DNA from: Lama glama
Taxonomy: Eukaryota
DNA: 64,000 nt
NCBI GenBank assembly: GCA_028534125.1
Contig: CM052816.1
Coordinates: 81,470,001 to 81,534,000 of the forward strand
Direction: 5' to 3'
Positions 12,485 through 23,154 of the stretch are shown here, piece by piece. How positions within the stretch are numbered: the first letter of the stretch is position 1; each line of letters starts with the position of its first letter. The notes beneath the pieces are model-generated. The model was not told where the DNA came from. It searched no databases and was given only the letters and a program-made list of their open reading frames with translations. The position numbers and the translations under genes were made by a program.

Positions 12485-13890
12485 GTATTTCAAGCCATTG
12501 TTTTGCTCATGAATTTCACAGTTCTCTAATCCAAGTTAGTAAAGCAAACTGACAGTTAATTTAACTGTTTTATATTTTACATGTAAATATTCTTAAATCA
12601 CATGTTCTGTTCAGGGCTCAGCTGGATTTTACATTCATTGTTTGTCAGTGCTGTGCACATTCTATCACAATTTACAGACATGCCACCTGCCCACAGAAAT
12701 CAACTCCCTAGACTACAGACTGGGGACTGAAGGACTACAAAGGAAGGTGCCTCGCACCCCGGACTCCTCACTGAGGCCTCAGGGCCCACCTCCAGGGAGG
12801 AGGCTGGGGACTGAGACAGGGAGAGTCTTTACCGAATACCTTTTTAGAAGAATTCTGTCTCTTACCTATTACATATGTCTCTTACCTATTAAATTTTTTT
12901 TACTATAATTAATGTCAATTAGCCATTTTTCATTTTGAAATTAAGTAGAGATTCCAAGAGAACAGAATTTTATTCCTTTTCCTACTTCATATTTTGAATA
13001 GCTTTGCTCTGTTGCCCATAAATAGAAGAGAGGCAGAGGGAGGCATGAAAAAGAAATGACCATCGGGTGAGGGAGGGTGAGATAACGGCTCCAAGCCTGG
13101 GTCGTGCTCGAGGGGAGAGAAGCATCCTCTCTTTCACCCGGCTCAGCGCTGTCTCAGGTCTGCCGGGAGTTTGTGCAAAGGAGCCTCGGCCCTCCAGACA
13201 CGTATGAACAGACAGGTTTTGAAGAACCTGCTGCACATCCTGCCATTTGAATATGTAATTGCAAGTAGTGATAAATGTTATAAAACAAAAGGGCCTTTCT
13301 CTGTGTGGGGTGGGCAGAGAAGGTGGGTGTCCCTCAGCAGATGGAGGGCATGGGGGCACCTCTGCAGGTGGGAACAGCGTGTGAAGCCCCAAGTTACCGG
13401 TAGGGAGGGCGGAGCTGCTGGCAGTGGCAACAGTCTCCAAGGGAACAGTGTGTCTGAGAGAGACAAAGGGAGTTCTGGGCATATCAGGCCCTTTCAGCCA
13501 CGCCGACACGTTTGGCTGGTGACCTTGAATTAAACACAGTGGACGTGTAGCTCAGCCTTCAGCTGTGAGTGTTTATGGGTGTTAGTAGGACTCGCCAACA
13601 CACTCAGGTATGATTTGCAATAAGAATTTCTAGTTTAGGAATCACCTAGGAGCATTTTTACATCAATTTTACTATTTTCTGAAAATTTAAGTTTCTAATA
13701 AGCAGATGAGTGTCTCGCAGTATCTGAATAGTGTAGATGATAATTTGTTTTCTTTCTGCAGAATTGTAGCATGAAAAAATAAATGAGATAGAAAACTGAA
13801 GATCAAGTCAGACTGCCTCTAAATTTCTTATTGTTTATGATACCCAGCTCAAGAACTAATATCCTTTTTTCTTGTCTCTCTCCTATTTAG

Positions 13891-13961
13891 ACGTTGCCTG
13901 AAAAAAGCAATCGAGATTGCAGAATGTCTAGAAGCACAAAACGTGAACATTCTTCTTTTAG
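13891..13961 (+). CDS. MTMR12: MTMR12 coding exon (~exon 12), RCLKKAIEIAECLEAQNVNILLL(E)
   Basis: Long pyrimidine tract and TAG ending 13890; GTAATA donor at 13962; 71 nt, phase 2 to 1; absent from the ORF track. Confidence 0.95.
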
Positions 13962-16682
13962 GTAATATATTTAAAGCTTAAATATATTTAAGCACATTTC
14001 CTTTTTTCTTTGCTTGAGGTTCAGTTTCTGTATATAGACCTTTATGTAACTGGAACTGTCTTGTAAAAGGAGTGAGCTAGTGTAGAAATCCTTCCCATTC
14101 TTTTTACCCTGACCTTGGGATCCTTTGGTTTGGATTTCAGTGTTACAGTTTAAAAATAAATTCTTTCACTTGGAACTTGGCAGACCTACTCACAGCCCAA
14201 GAAGGAATTGTTTGGTATCTTCACCAGAGCTCACATTTCCTAATGTTTTGGGGTTTCATATTAACTCAACTTGGTTAAAGTTAAAATCTTTGGATAGTCT
14301 TTTTTTTGTATAAAGATGCCCATGGTTGCTTTAATTTTTACATCTTTGTGTCTGATAACTTTGTGAGGTTGCCATGGAAACCTTGTGGGCCACGATTTCC
14401 TTTTCTTCAGTGGGCTTAACTTGTTGTACATGAGGACAGGTCGTACGCATTCAGAATGTGTAAAAGCAAGAGTAAACCACATTCAACAAAGGTCGCTGCT
14501 GGAATTGGTTAGGTCTGAGCTAAAATGTTGTGTCTGCTGTTCTGAATACTTCGTTTCTTACAGCCCCACGCTTCCCATTAAGTAGGCCGGCTCATGCTTT
14601 CATGCCCTCAGGCGTTCGTCCTTCCCCTGACACTCTTTGTGACGCTGAGGTTTAGCTTCTGTGGGCGGACTGGAAACGTGTCTGCCTGTGGCTTCTGCTG
14701 GCTCACTGACTTGAGTTTTAATACATTCACAGAGCACCCCCCAGGTACAGAGCCCTATACTTCTGCCTTCTAGAAGTTTACAGCCTACAGAGAGAGCAGG
14801 CCTAAAGACGGTATTGAGAAAGACCTAACTAGCAGTGGCAGAGCAGGGTTCTGGGTAACTGGAGAGGACGAGGAGGGATAAGACTGCGGGGCTGAGAGGT
14901 GGAAGTACCAGCCAGACTGCGCCATCCCAGAGCTGCACAAAATGAAATGGGAACCTTTGGCAGGGGAGGCTGACCTGTCACTCACTCCTCTATGGACTAC
15001 TGACTTGTGGCTCCTCTGAAATCTCATTTTTTAGCCACTCTCCCTAGGACCCGCAGGTGTATTATTAATACCCTCCACGTGCAAGAAGGGAGATTCTCTT
15101 AAAATATGAAACTTGTTTTGAAAGGCGGTAGCCCTGGAAAGACAAAAATAAAAATCTGTTTCTTCTAAACCCATGTGTTCCGTGGTGTAGGCTTGAGGAA
15201 AAATAGGAGACCAGGTGTAAGCCTGGCCCTGCAGTGCTTTGTGACCCTGGGGTCAGCATGCGAGTTGAACAGTGTAGACACCTCCCTGCTTAGAATTCAT
15301 TCTGGAGTTTCTCTGACCTCATCGCTGCCTGCAGCACCACTGTCCTCATGGACGGGTTAAGATAGCAATGTGAGTTGCACTGCTCTTTGCGAAGGGGAAA
15401 CCACAGGGATGCAAACCCTGACTTTCAGAATGTGAAAACTCTTAAGGCAAATGCATGGGTGTAGACGTATGTTTTTATTTGCTACGAGTCATGCATGGTG
15501 AACACGGAGGTGAGTAGAATTTTCATCGTGTGGGTTTTGTACTGTGCGCACTAGGGGTGGGCACGTGGCTTACAGAGAGTTTCTCCTCTAGGCCAGGCAA
15601 GGGGGCACGGGCCCCACCATGCTCTCAGACAGAAATGGAAAGAGCTGTGGAGCTGAGAATCTGAGTGTTTCGGTGCAATCCAGAAATATTACACTTTCTC
15701 CATAGCAGGGGTAGTGGAGGGAAGGAGCCTGAGAAGCAGCTGAGCCTGGGAACAGTGAGCTCTGTGATGGAGACCTCGACACACCAGCTGGCAGGGTTCT
15801 GAACTTGGTCCGTGGAGCCCAGCAGGTCACTGTCAACGTATAATTCTGCCCTCATCGTGTGGGACATCTTGACTCCCCGCTCTGCCAGTGGATCTGCCCT
15901 GCTGCGTTTATTCATCAGTGACAAATCCGTATTTAGTGCCGGTGTGTGCAGGACCAGTACTAGCCAGGCTGGGAGCAGTTTGTCTCTCAGTCTGAAAATA
16001 CCAACTTTTTTGCCCACTGGGCCTGGCCTTTAGGTGATGAGCACTTTACTGTCAGTGGGAGACGCTGGTGTTGGGGACCCTGCAGTTAACCGCGCTGGGC
16101 CGAGCCCTCTGCTGCTTTTTTTTTTTTAATTGAAAATTTATTTACCTGTAGATTTACTGATGAAATGCATCACAGAATATATGCATTCCTCATATAGGCA
16201 ATTACAGGCAGGTCTTCATTATCAGAAAACTAAGAAAAATTTATGCTACTAGAATGCTTTACTTACATAAATTTGTAGATACATATAATGTTGAGTTGAA
16301 TGTAGGAGCTCTAACAGTAACATGTTTGCTTTTTATATAAAATAAAATAAACAGATTCAGTTGTTTATTTTAATTTGTGTTCTCATGCTAATTTCCCCTA
16401 ACAAACTGTATTTTCATGAGAATCCTTTTGCGATTGTTTTGTAGAAAGTCTTTAGGACCTAAGTACAAGCAAAATATGTGTTATCTGTCAACATCTGGAA
16501 GTCTCTGTAAACTATAGCTTGGCTGGAGGCAAGAAAATGACCCTGGACCTAAGAAGGCCCAGCCTAAAGTCACTGCAACACTTGATACAAAAATGGCCTT
16601 GGACTCCCGCTTTCTAACACTCCGTGCCCTTCTTCCTCTTTGCCCTGCCACCGGGCACCCTGCCCGCCACCCCGCCCCCCAG

Positions 16683-16855
16683 AGGAGAACGCCTCCGACC
16701 TCTGCTGCCTCATTTCCTCTCTGGTGCAAGTGATGATGGACCCCCACTGTAGAACCAGATTCGGTTTCCAGAGCCTTGTCCAAAAGGAGTGGATCATGGG
16801 TGGTCACTGCTTCCTGGACCGCTGCAACCACCTGCGTCAGAGTGACAAGGAGGAG
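16683..16855 (+). CDS. MTMR12: MTMR12 coding exon (~exon 13), ENASDLCCLISSLVQVMMDPHCRTRFGFQSLVQKEWIMGGHCFLDRCNHLRQSDKEE
   Basis: C-rich tract and AG 16681-16682; GTGAGT donor at 16856; 173 nt, phase 1 to 0; myotubularin-type DP..RT..GF..L..KEW...GH.F motif. Confidence 0.97.
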
Positions 16856-18125
16856 GTGAGTGTCCTCGTCGCAGATCGGGCAGCCTGGGAGGCAGAGCCC
16901 AGTCTCTTATTTCATACCTGTCTTCAGATGTAGGGTTACACCCGCAGAGTGCATGCACTGCGGGCTTGTCAGGAAGGCTGAGGTCAGTTCAGTCTTTGAT
17001 GACCTTGAATGCTTTAAACGATATTGAAACCATTCCCAGGGGAAAGGGATATTTATTAACAAGTGTGTTCAGAGTCTTCACTTCTAAATTGTATGCCACC
17101 CCCCCAAAGAGTGTATTATATTTCGTGGTGGAAGTAATACTGATTTGTAAAACTTACATAAAAATTAAGTCAATGAGAGGTTCCCACAATTCTGGTTCAT
17201 TAGTCTTTGCCCAAAAAAATGAATATTCATATTCAAATACAAATTTCCTACAGAAAATACATAGTAACACAAAGTAATTTTCCTTGCAATAAACCTTTCA
17301 AAATAAAGCACAGGGGTATGTTAATGTTATCTGTTCCCAGGGCCTTCACCATGGTGGCTGCAGACCTGGGCCTCCTAATTCAAGCCCCGGGAGGGTTAGT
17401 GTTATAGCTCACTTAGTGAAAAGGAGCCCCCCAGTTTGGGGTGTACTTGTCTAGGTTACAGCTGTACAGACGCCTTTGACTGCATTATTAACGACTGTGG
17501 AAGAAAAAATGAAAGCAGGTGAACTTTAATTAAATCCCCTGCAGGGCTAGCGCATGCTAGCAGCGTGACCGCTGGTTTTCCTGACTCCAGCTAATCGGTG
17601 TGTCTGCCTGTGGGCTGTGGGAGCAGAGAGCCCTGGCCTTGCCGTGAGGGCTCGGGGTGTCCTGGCAGACCTGGGCCCCTCTTGCTGGGCCTGAAGGTTT
17701 CTTTCAGGTCTAGTCTGTACTTCTCTGTGTCCCCTCGGACTGAATGGAAACCACCATCCTCCAGTCTTGAAAGGGACCTCGCCTTCCTGAGACTCTAATT
17801 TAAAAGGTTGCTGGGACTTAGATAGCTCAATGGGCAGAGACTGCTGCTACTGTGTGGGAAGTGTGTTTGTGTCTTGTGTAGTTTATATGTCTTGAGAAAA
17901 GAGGGGCTGACAGGCACCGTGTCTAATGGGGAAAAAGTCCAAGAGCAGGTCTGGTGGTCTCCTCATACTTTCTGAGTCCATTTCCTTGACCGTACAGTGA
18001 GGTTGAAATATTTCCCACTCTAATGATACAGAACATACAGTGAGGTGTGAAATAAAGTTGCCACATAGACCTTTCTCAGCATCTCAGCATTGCATCCTGG
18101 AGGTTTTGGTTTTGGTTTTGGTTTT

Positions 18126-18248
18126 GTTTTTTTGGTCGGCGGAGGTAATCAGCTTTATTTATCTATCTAACAGAGGTACTGGGGATTGAACGTAGGACCT
18201 TGTGTGTGCTAGGCATGCGCTCTACCACTGAGCTCTACCCTGCCCCCC
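18126..18248 (-). mobile_element. tRNA-derived SINE (camelid Vic-1-like), long-tail form
   Basis: Reverse complement reads GGGTAGAGCTCAGTGGTAGAGCGCATGCCTAGCACACACAAGGTCCTACGTTCAATCCCCAGTACCTC (A and B boxes) plus ...attacctcc tail. Confidence 0.85.
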
Positions 18249-18996
18249 AACATACTGGATGGAGTTTTAATGGAAAACTGGGTGGTCTGGTTTGTGATAT
18301 AATTGACGCAGCACTGGACTTGGATTCGGGAGCTGGATTCCCTGCTCCCATCTCAGGAGCTGTGTGTGAGACCTCTGCCCCTGACAGGAATGACCAAGCG
18401 CCCTGGAAAATGCCCATCTCTACGAATAAAGGGCTTGGCTCTGGGTTACTAATAAAAGAGGCATTTGTGAAAAAGTGTTAGACACTGCTTTTGCCTTCTC
18501 TCCCATCCTTTTTCCCTTCTGGACCCCGATCATCAGCAGGTGGAGAAGGAGCGTTGACAAAACTTAAAGTAATCGAGTAGGTTTTTTTTGTACTGTGCTA
18601 CTGATGAGAAGAGTGAAATTCTTTTGGGGAGAAACAGCATTTCACTCATGGAGGTTCAGAGTTAGTACTCCCTGATTCAGGATCTGTTGCAAGTGTCCAC
18701 CTGTCAGTGCTGACTGACGGTGAGGTTTACACGTTCCATCTCGGGAGTGTCTCTCCCACAGGTAGGAGCTGTGAAGCCCGGACATTCGTCCGTGGGCATG
18801 TGGCTTCAGTTGGGCATGTGTATCACTTGCAGTGGGATGGAATTGGGAATGGGAATCTCCTGGAATGTATTTTCCAGAGAATATAGTGCCCGGTAGTGGT
18901 TATTCCACGGCTGTTGAGATGGCTGCCCTGCGCCCGGGACCCTTGGCATCAGACCGCCGGCGCCCACTCAGTAACGAGAATCTTGTTTTCACGCAG

Positions 18997-19164
18997 GTTC
19001 CCGTGTTCCTGCTCTTCTTAGACTGCGTCTGGCAGCTGCTGCACCAGCACCCCCCCGCCTTTGAGTTCACGGAGACATACCTGACCGTGTTGTCAGACAG
19101 CCTGTACATACCCATCTTTAGCACCTTCTTCTTCAATTCGCCTCATCAAAAAGATGGTAACGTG
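18997..19164 (+). CDS. MTMR12: MTMR12 coding exon (~exon 14), VPVFLLFLDCVWQLLHQHPPAFEFTETYLTVLSDSLYIPIFSTFFFNSPHQKDGNV
   Basis: cgcAG acceptor; GTAAGA donor at 19165; 168 nt, phase 0 to 0; myotubularin PVF..FLDCVWQL...P.AFEF motif. Confidence 0.97.
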
Positions 19165-20063
19165 GTAAGAGTCCCTCGTGGGAACCTGTGTGTTGAAGAA
19201 GCCGTGTCTCACTAGTAGGATGCAGCAAGGTCAATGATAAAAGTGACATTTATGTGACACTGACTACATCCTGGGCTCTCTTCTGAGTGCTTTCCCGGGA
19301 CTGATATTTACCCCTCAAGCACCCAGAGGGTCTGCATTATTACTATCCCTGAGAAGCCGAGGCACTGAGACAGTAAATAACTCGCCCAAATCACATGGTG
19401 AATATTGGAGCTGGGCGCAGGTGTCAGAGCTGGGAGTTAATAAGCATATTAAAAGTTGTCTTTGTGAGGAGGTCAGATGCTTTCTCCTCCACCTGCCTGC
19501 TGCCAGGAGTGCCTGAAGAGGGCAGGGACGAGGCAGAGCAGGGGCGCTAGGCTTTTACTTTCCCTCTGGAACCCCTGTAGCCCTGCTCCCGGGGCTCTGA
19601 CTCTCCAGCCGTCTCGGTGCTCTGACCCGCCCTCAGGCTCTGGGTTCGCTGGAGCTGACCCTGCAGGGCCGATGTGACCACATCCTACAGGGGAGCGGGC
19701 CACACAGAGCCCAGGCCTCCAGTCACACAGCCCCGCTGCTCACCAGCTTCATGACCTCAAGCGGTTCACATCAGTTTCCCGAGCCTCAGTTTTCCAAAGG
19801 TAAACTAGGGAAATAGGAGTGACCTCCCTGGGCTGTTGTGAAACGCTGGTACACAGCCATGGCTCAGCACAGCGGTTGGCATGCGGCCTTCAGGAAACGC
19901 GTCCTCCTTCCCTCGTCCCCACCAAGAGCCCTTAGTGAGCAGCCACTGAAGCCTGGGTCTCGGGGCCGGGTGGGAGCGCCCTTCCTGGGGCCCGTCTCTC
20001 AGAACTGCATTTGCTTTGCTCAGCCCTCCCTGGAAACATCGTGACCTGTGCTTGTTTTGGCAG

Positions 20064-20225
20064 GGTAGGGAAAGCCAGGATACACAAAGCAAGCCTTTGA
20101 ATCTGCTCACCGTGTGGGACTGGTCTGTACAGTTTGAACCCAAAGCCCAGACATTGCTCAGAAACCCTCTTTACGTGGAAAAGCCAAAACTGGACAAAGG
20201 CCAGCGGAAAGGAACACATTGCAAA
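20064..20225 (+). CDS. MTMR12: MTMR12 coding exon (~exon 15), GRESQDTQSKPLNLLTVWDWSVQFEPKAQTLLRNPLYVEKPKLDKGQRKGTHCK
   Basis: ttttggCAG acceptor; GTAAGA donor at 20226; 162 nt, phase 0 to 0. Confidence 0.95.
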
Positions 20226-20559
20226 GTAAGATGTGCACAGGTCTAACCCCCTTCATCTGCACAGCAATCCCTATGTTTGTAAGGATAAAAGTTACATATG
20301 GATTCTAGACACAGCCTGCAGAGTCGAGATTGTGGTGTGCAGATTGTCAGGGCCCTCGAGAATCCCCAGTGAGACCTGGCCATTTTGCTGAGTGTCACTG
20401 GGGATACTGTGGCTAGAGGCGCCTGCTGTGTGGAGTTGAGCATCTTGTCCCTGCCCGAGTGTGGTTGGTCAAGTTGAAGGAACACTCATCCCAGTGTGGG
20501 CTCTATGCGGTCTGTACCAGTTCGTGTCTTCAATAGCAAGGCCTTTCTTCATGCTACAA

Positions 20560-20735
20560 ATGGTATTTGTAACTAGCGTGCTCTGTCAGGGGCCATACTG
20601 TTTCTGGCACAACTTCCCCCACTCTCGTGGTGTGAAAACAGCCCTGAGCAGACAGCCATGGCTGTGTTCCAGTGTTTACAGAGGCAGACACCAGGCCAGA
20701 CTGGGCCCATGGGCTGTTGTTTGCAGACCTGGGCT
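20560..20735 (+). mobile_element. MER58-like hAT MITE remnant
   Basis: catggctgtgttcca...ggccagactgggcccatgggctgttgtttgcagacc resembles the recalled MER58A 3' end. Confidence 0.45.
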
Positions 20736-22584
20736 ATAAACGACACATGTCAAATTCTTTGTTTCCCTTCAGATATTTTTTCCTGATTTTTTTAGTTATT
20801 AAAACCCCGAAGTTCCCTAGATGATGTGTGATTTACACAGCATGTCCTAGTTCTGTCTCCTGACCTGCCCACCAGACCCGCTAGCGGAGAGCAGTGGTAG
20901 TCATTCCCGAGTCAGCGTGTGTCCCTGCCACACAGTGTGTGTTCCACTGCTGTCCTGATCCCACCACCCTGAGGGTTCCAGGGAGCCAAGCCATTCTGTG
21001 GTGGGAGGAGGCTCCATTCTAAAGAGGCCCTTTCAAGGGACCTCAGGCCCAGGGTGGGTGTTTCCCTCCAGATTCAGCCTCTTTGCTGTCTGCTGGACCA
21101 GAACTGCCCTGAGCTCCAGAGCAGCTTGGCGGAAGGTGAGATGATCTCAGTGTGCTGTGCCCCCTGGTGGCCGCATGTGCACATCTCGCCTAGTCAGCCT
21201 GGCAGAACTGCCCCAGGCCAGAGGGGCAGGGGCCCTGAGAGATGCAGGAAACCAAGGCTCCACTTTGTGAGACTGGATTCCATTTCCCTGCCCAGGCCCC
21301 GTTCTCTGAGGGTCCCTTCTCCCTGCAGGTAGGAGCGGCTGGCCTGAGCGCCAGCGGCTGGCGGTGGGAGGGATTGGAGCTGAAGGGCATCATGTCATAC
21401 CAGCCACAGCAGGGAACTTCGAAGCCTCGGGGTGAGGACACCAGGTGTGAAGTCTGGGGCCTCTTATCGAGGGGACCGGCTCCTTGGAGAAGTTCTGTGG
21501 AGACTGAAGAGCCATGGCTGCCCTGGGAGTGACTGCTCAAGACCCTGGGGTTTGCTCAGCCCTGCCTTGACCCGGCCCCGGGCATGCAGTGCTGGTCCCA
21601 CCTGGCCCATCTTGGACGTGCATTCACTTGGGGCTGGAGAGAAGGGGCTTCCAAGACAAGGAGAGTTGTGTTGAGAGTCCAGGCTCTGCAACCAGACTGT
21701 CTGCATGTAAAACCATGTCTCGTACTCGGTAGCTGGGGCCTTTGTGACTATTTAACTGCCGTGCCTCAGTTCCTCAGTTGTGAAATGGGGCAATAACAGT
21801 GACTCTGAGACTCGGGTCAGTGGATGCACGTAAGCACTGAACACAGGACCTGACTGGCAGCAAACGCTCCGTGGCTGTCAGGTGCCCTGCCCTGCCCGAC
21901 TCACTGCATCCCTGGGAGAAGGGCCACCCTGACTCCCATCCTGCAGCTCTCTCTTTGACTTTGGCTTGACCTCCCTCTGGATGCCTGATCACCTACAAGG
22001 TATTTCGACAGAGTGACAGGCTCTCCAGGTCGCCGACACTGCTTCGTATTAGGTGTTCAGAATATTGTGAAAGTGAATACCTTTAAGTTCTCAAAGAAGA
22101 AACATCTTGCTCCCTTCAGAAATATTCATTTGGGCCTCCTCCCCACAAGTCACCCCCGAAATTATCATCAGCCTGTCTTCACTTAAGCCCATTCTTCACA
22201 AGGACTTGTGCCCTGTGGTGCCACTACAATGGAGAGGAGAGATTTAAAACCTCCCTCTCAGTGCCACAGCGTGCCTTTCTGCACAGCTCCACCTGTGCCT
22301 GGTTTCACCCAGGTGCTTATAAACCCGGTTTGTTTCTGACATTTGCATCATGGAATAAACAGGAATCCCTCCCTCACCACCACCACCCACCCCGCTGCCT
22401 TCTCTGTGTAGCCTCGTAATGAATTTGCATTCACGTGGCAATTCTGATGTCTCGTGACTCTTGTTAAAGCAGGATTTGGGGGTTTTTTTTTTTTTTTTTG
22501 GTTTTGGGGTGGGGAGTACAGATGAGAACAACTGTACCTGCTCTCAGGCTAACCAGAGATTTTTTTTTGTGTTTTCTCTGAAAG

Positions 22585-23154
22585 CATCAACGACAGCTTT
22601 CTTTGCCGCTCACCCAATCCAAGTCATCTCCCAAAAGAGGATTTTTCAGGGAGGAAACAGATCATTTAATTAAAAACCTTCTGGGCAAGAGGATTAGCAA
22701 ACTAATTAATTCTTCTGAGGAGCTGCAGGACAGCTTCCGCGAGTTCTACGACAGCTGGCACAGCAAGCCCGCCAGCTACCACGGTCTGTTGCTGCCGCAC
22801 ATCGAGGGGCCAGAAATCAAAGTCTGGGCCCAGCGCTACTTGCGCTGGATTCCAGAGGCCCAAATCCTGGGTGGCGGCAGGGTGGCCACCATGAACAAGC
22901 TCTTGGAGATGATGGAGGAAGTCCAGTGCTTGCAGGAGAAGATCGAGGAGAAACACCACAGCCAGGAGGCCCTCCAGGCAGAGGCCACCTCCCTGCTGAG
23001 GAGCTCCGTCCGCCTGTCCTCCTTGTTCCCTTTCGCTTTGCTGCAGCGCCATTCCTCCAAGCCGGTCCTGCCCACCAGTGGTTGGAAAGCCTTGGGAGAT
23101 GAAGAGGATTTGGCCAGACGAGAAGATGAGTTTGTGGATCTGGGGGATGTGTGA
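22585..23154 (+). CDS. MTMR12: MTMR12 terminal coding exon (~exon 16), HQRQLSLPLTQSK...EDEFVDLGDV*
   Basis: T-rich tract and AAAG ending 22584; open frame to TGA 23152-23154; matches recalled MTMR12 C-terminus. Confidence 0.97.
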   Translation, partial: HQRQLSLPLTQSKSSPKRGFFREETDHLIKNLLGKRISKLINSSEELQDSFREFYDSWHSKPASYHGLLLPHIEGPEIKVWAQRYLRWIPEAQILGGGRVATMNKLLEMMEEVQCLQEKIEEKHHSQEALQAEATSLLRSSVRLSSLFPFALLQRHSSKPVLPTSGWKALGDEEDLARREDEFVDLGDV

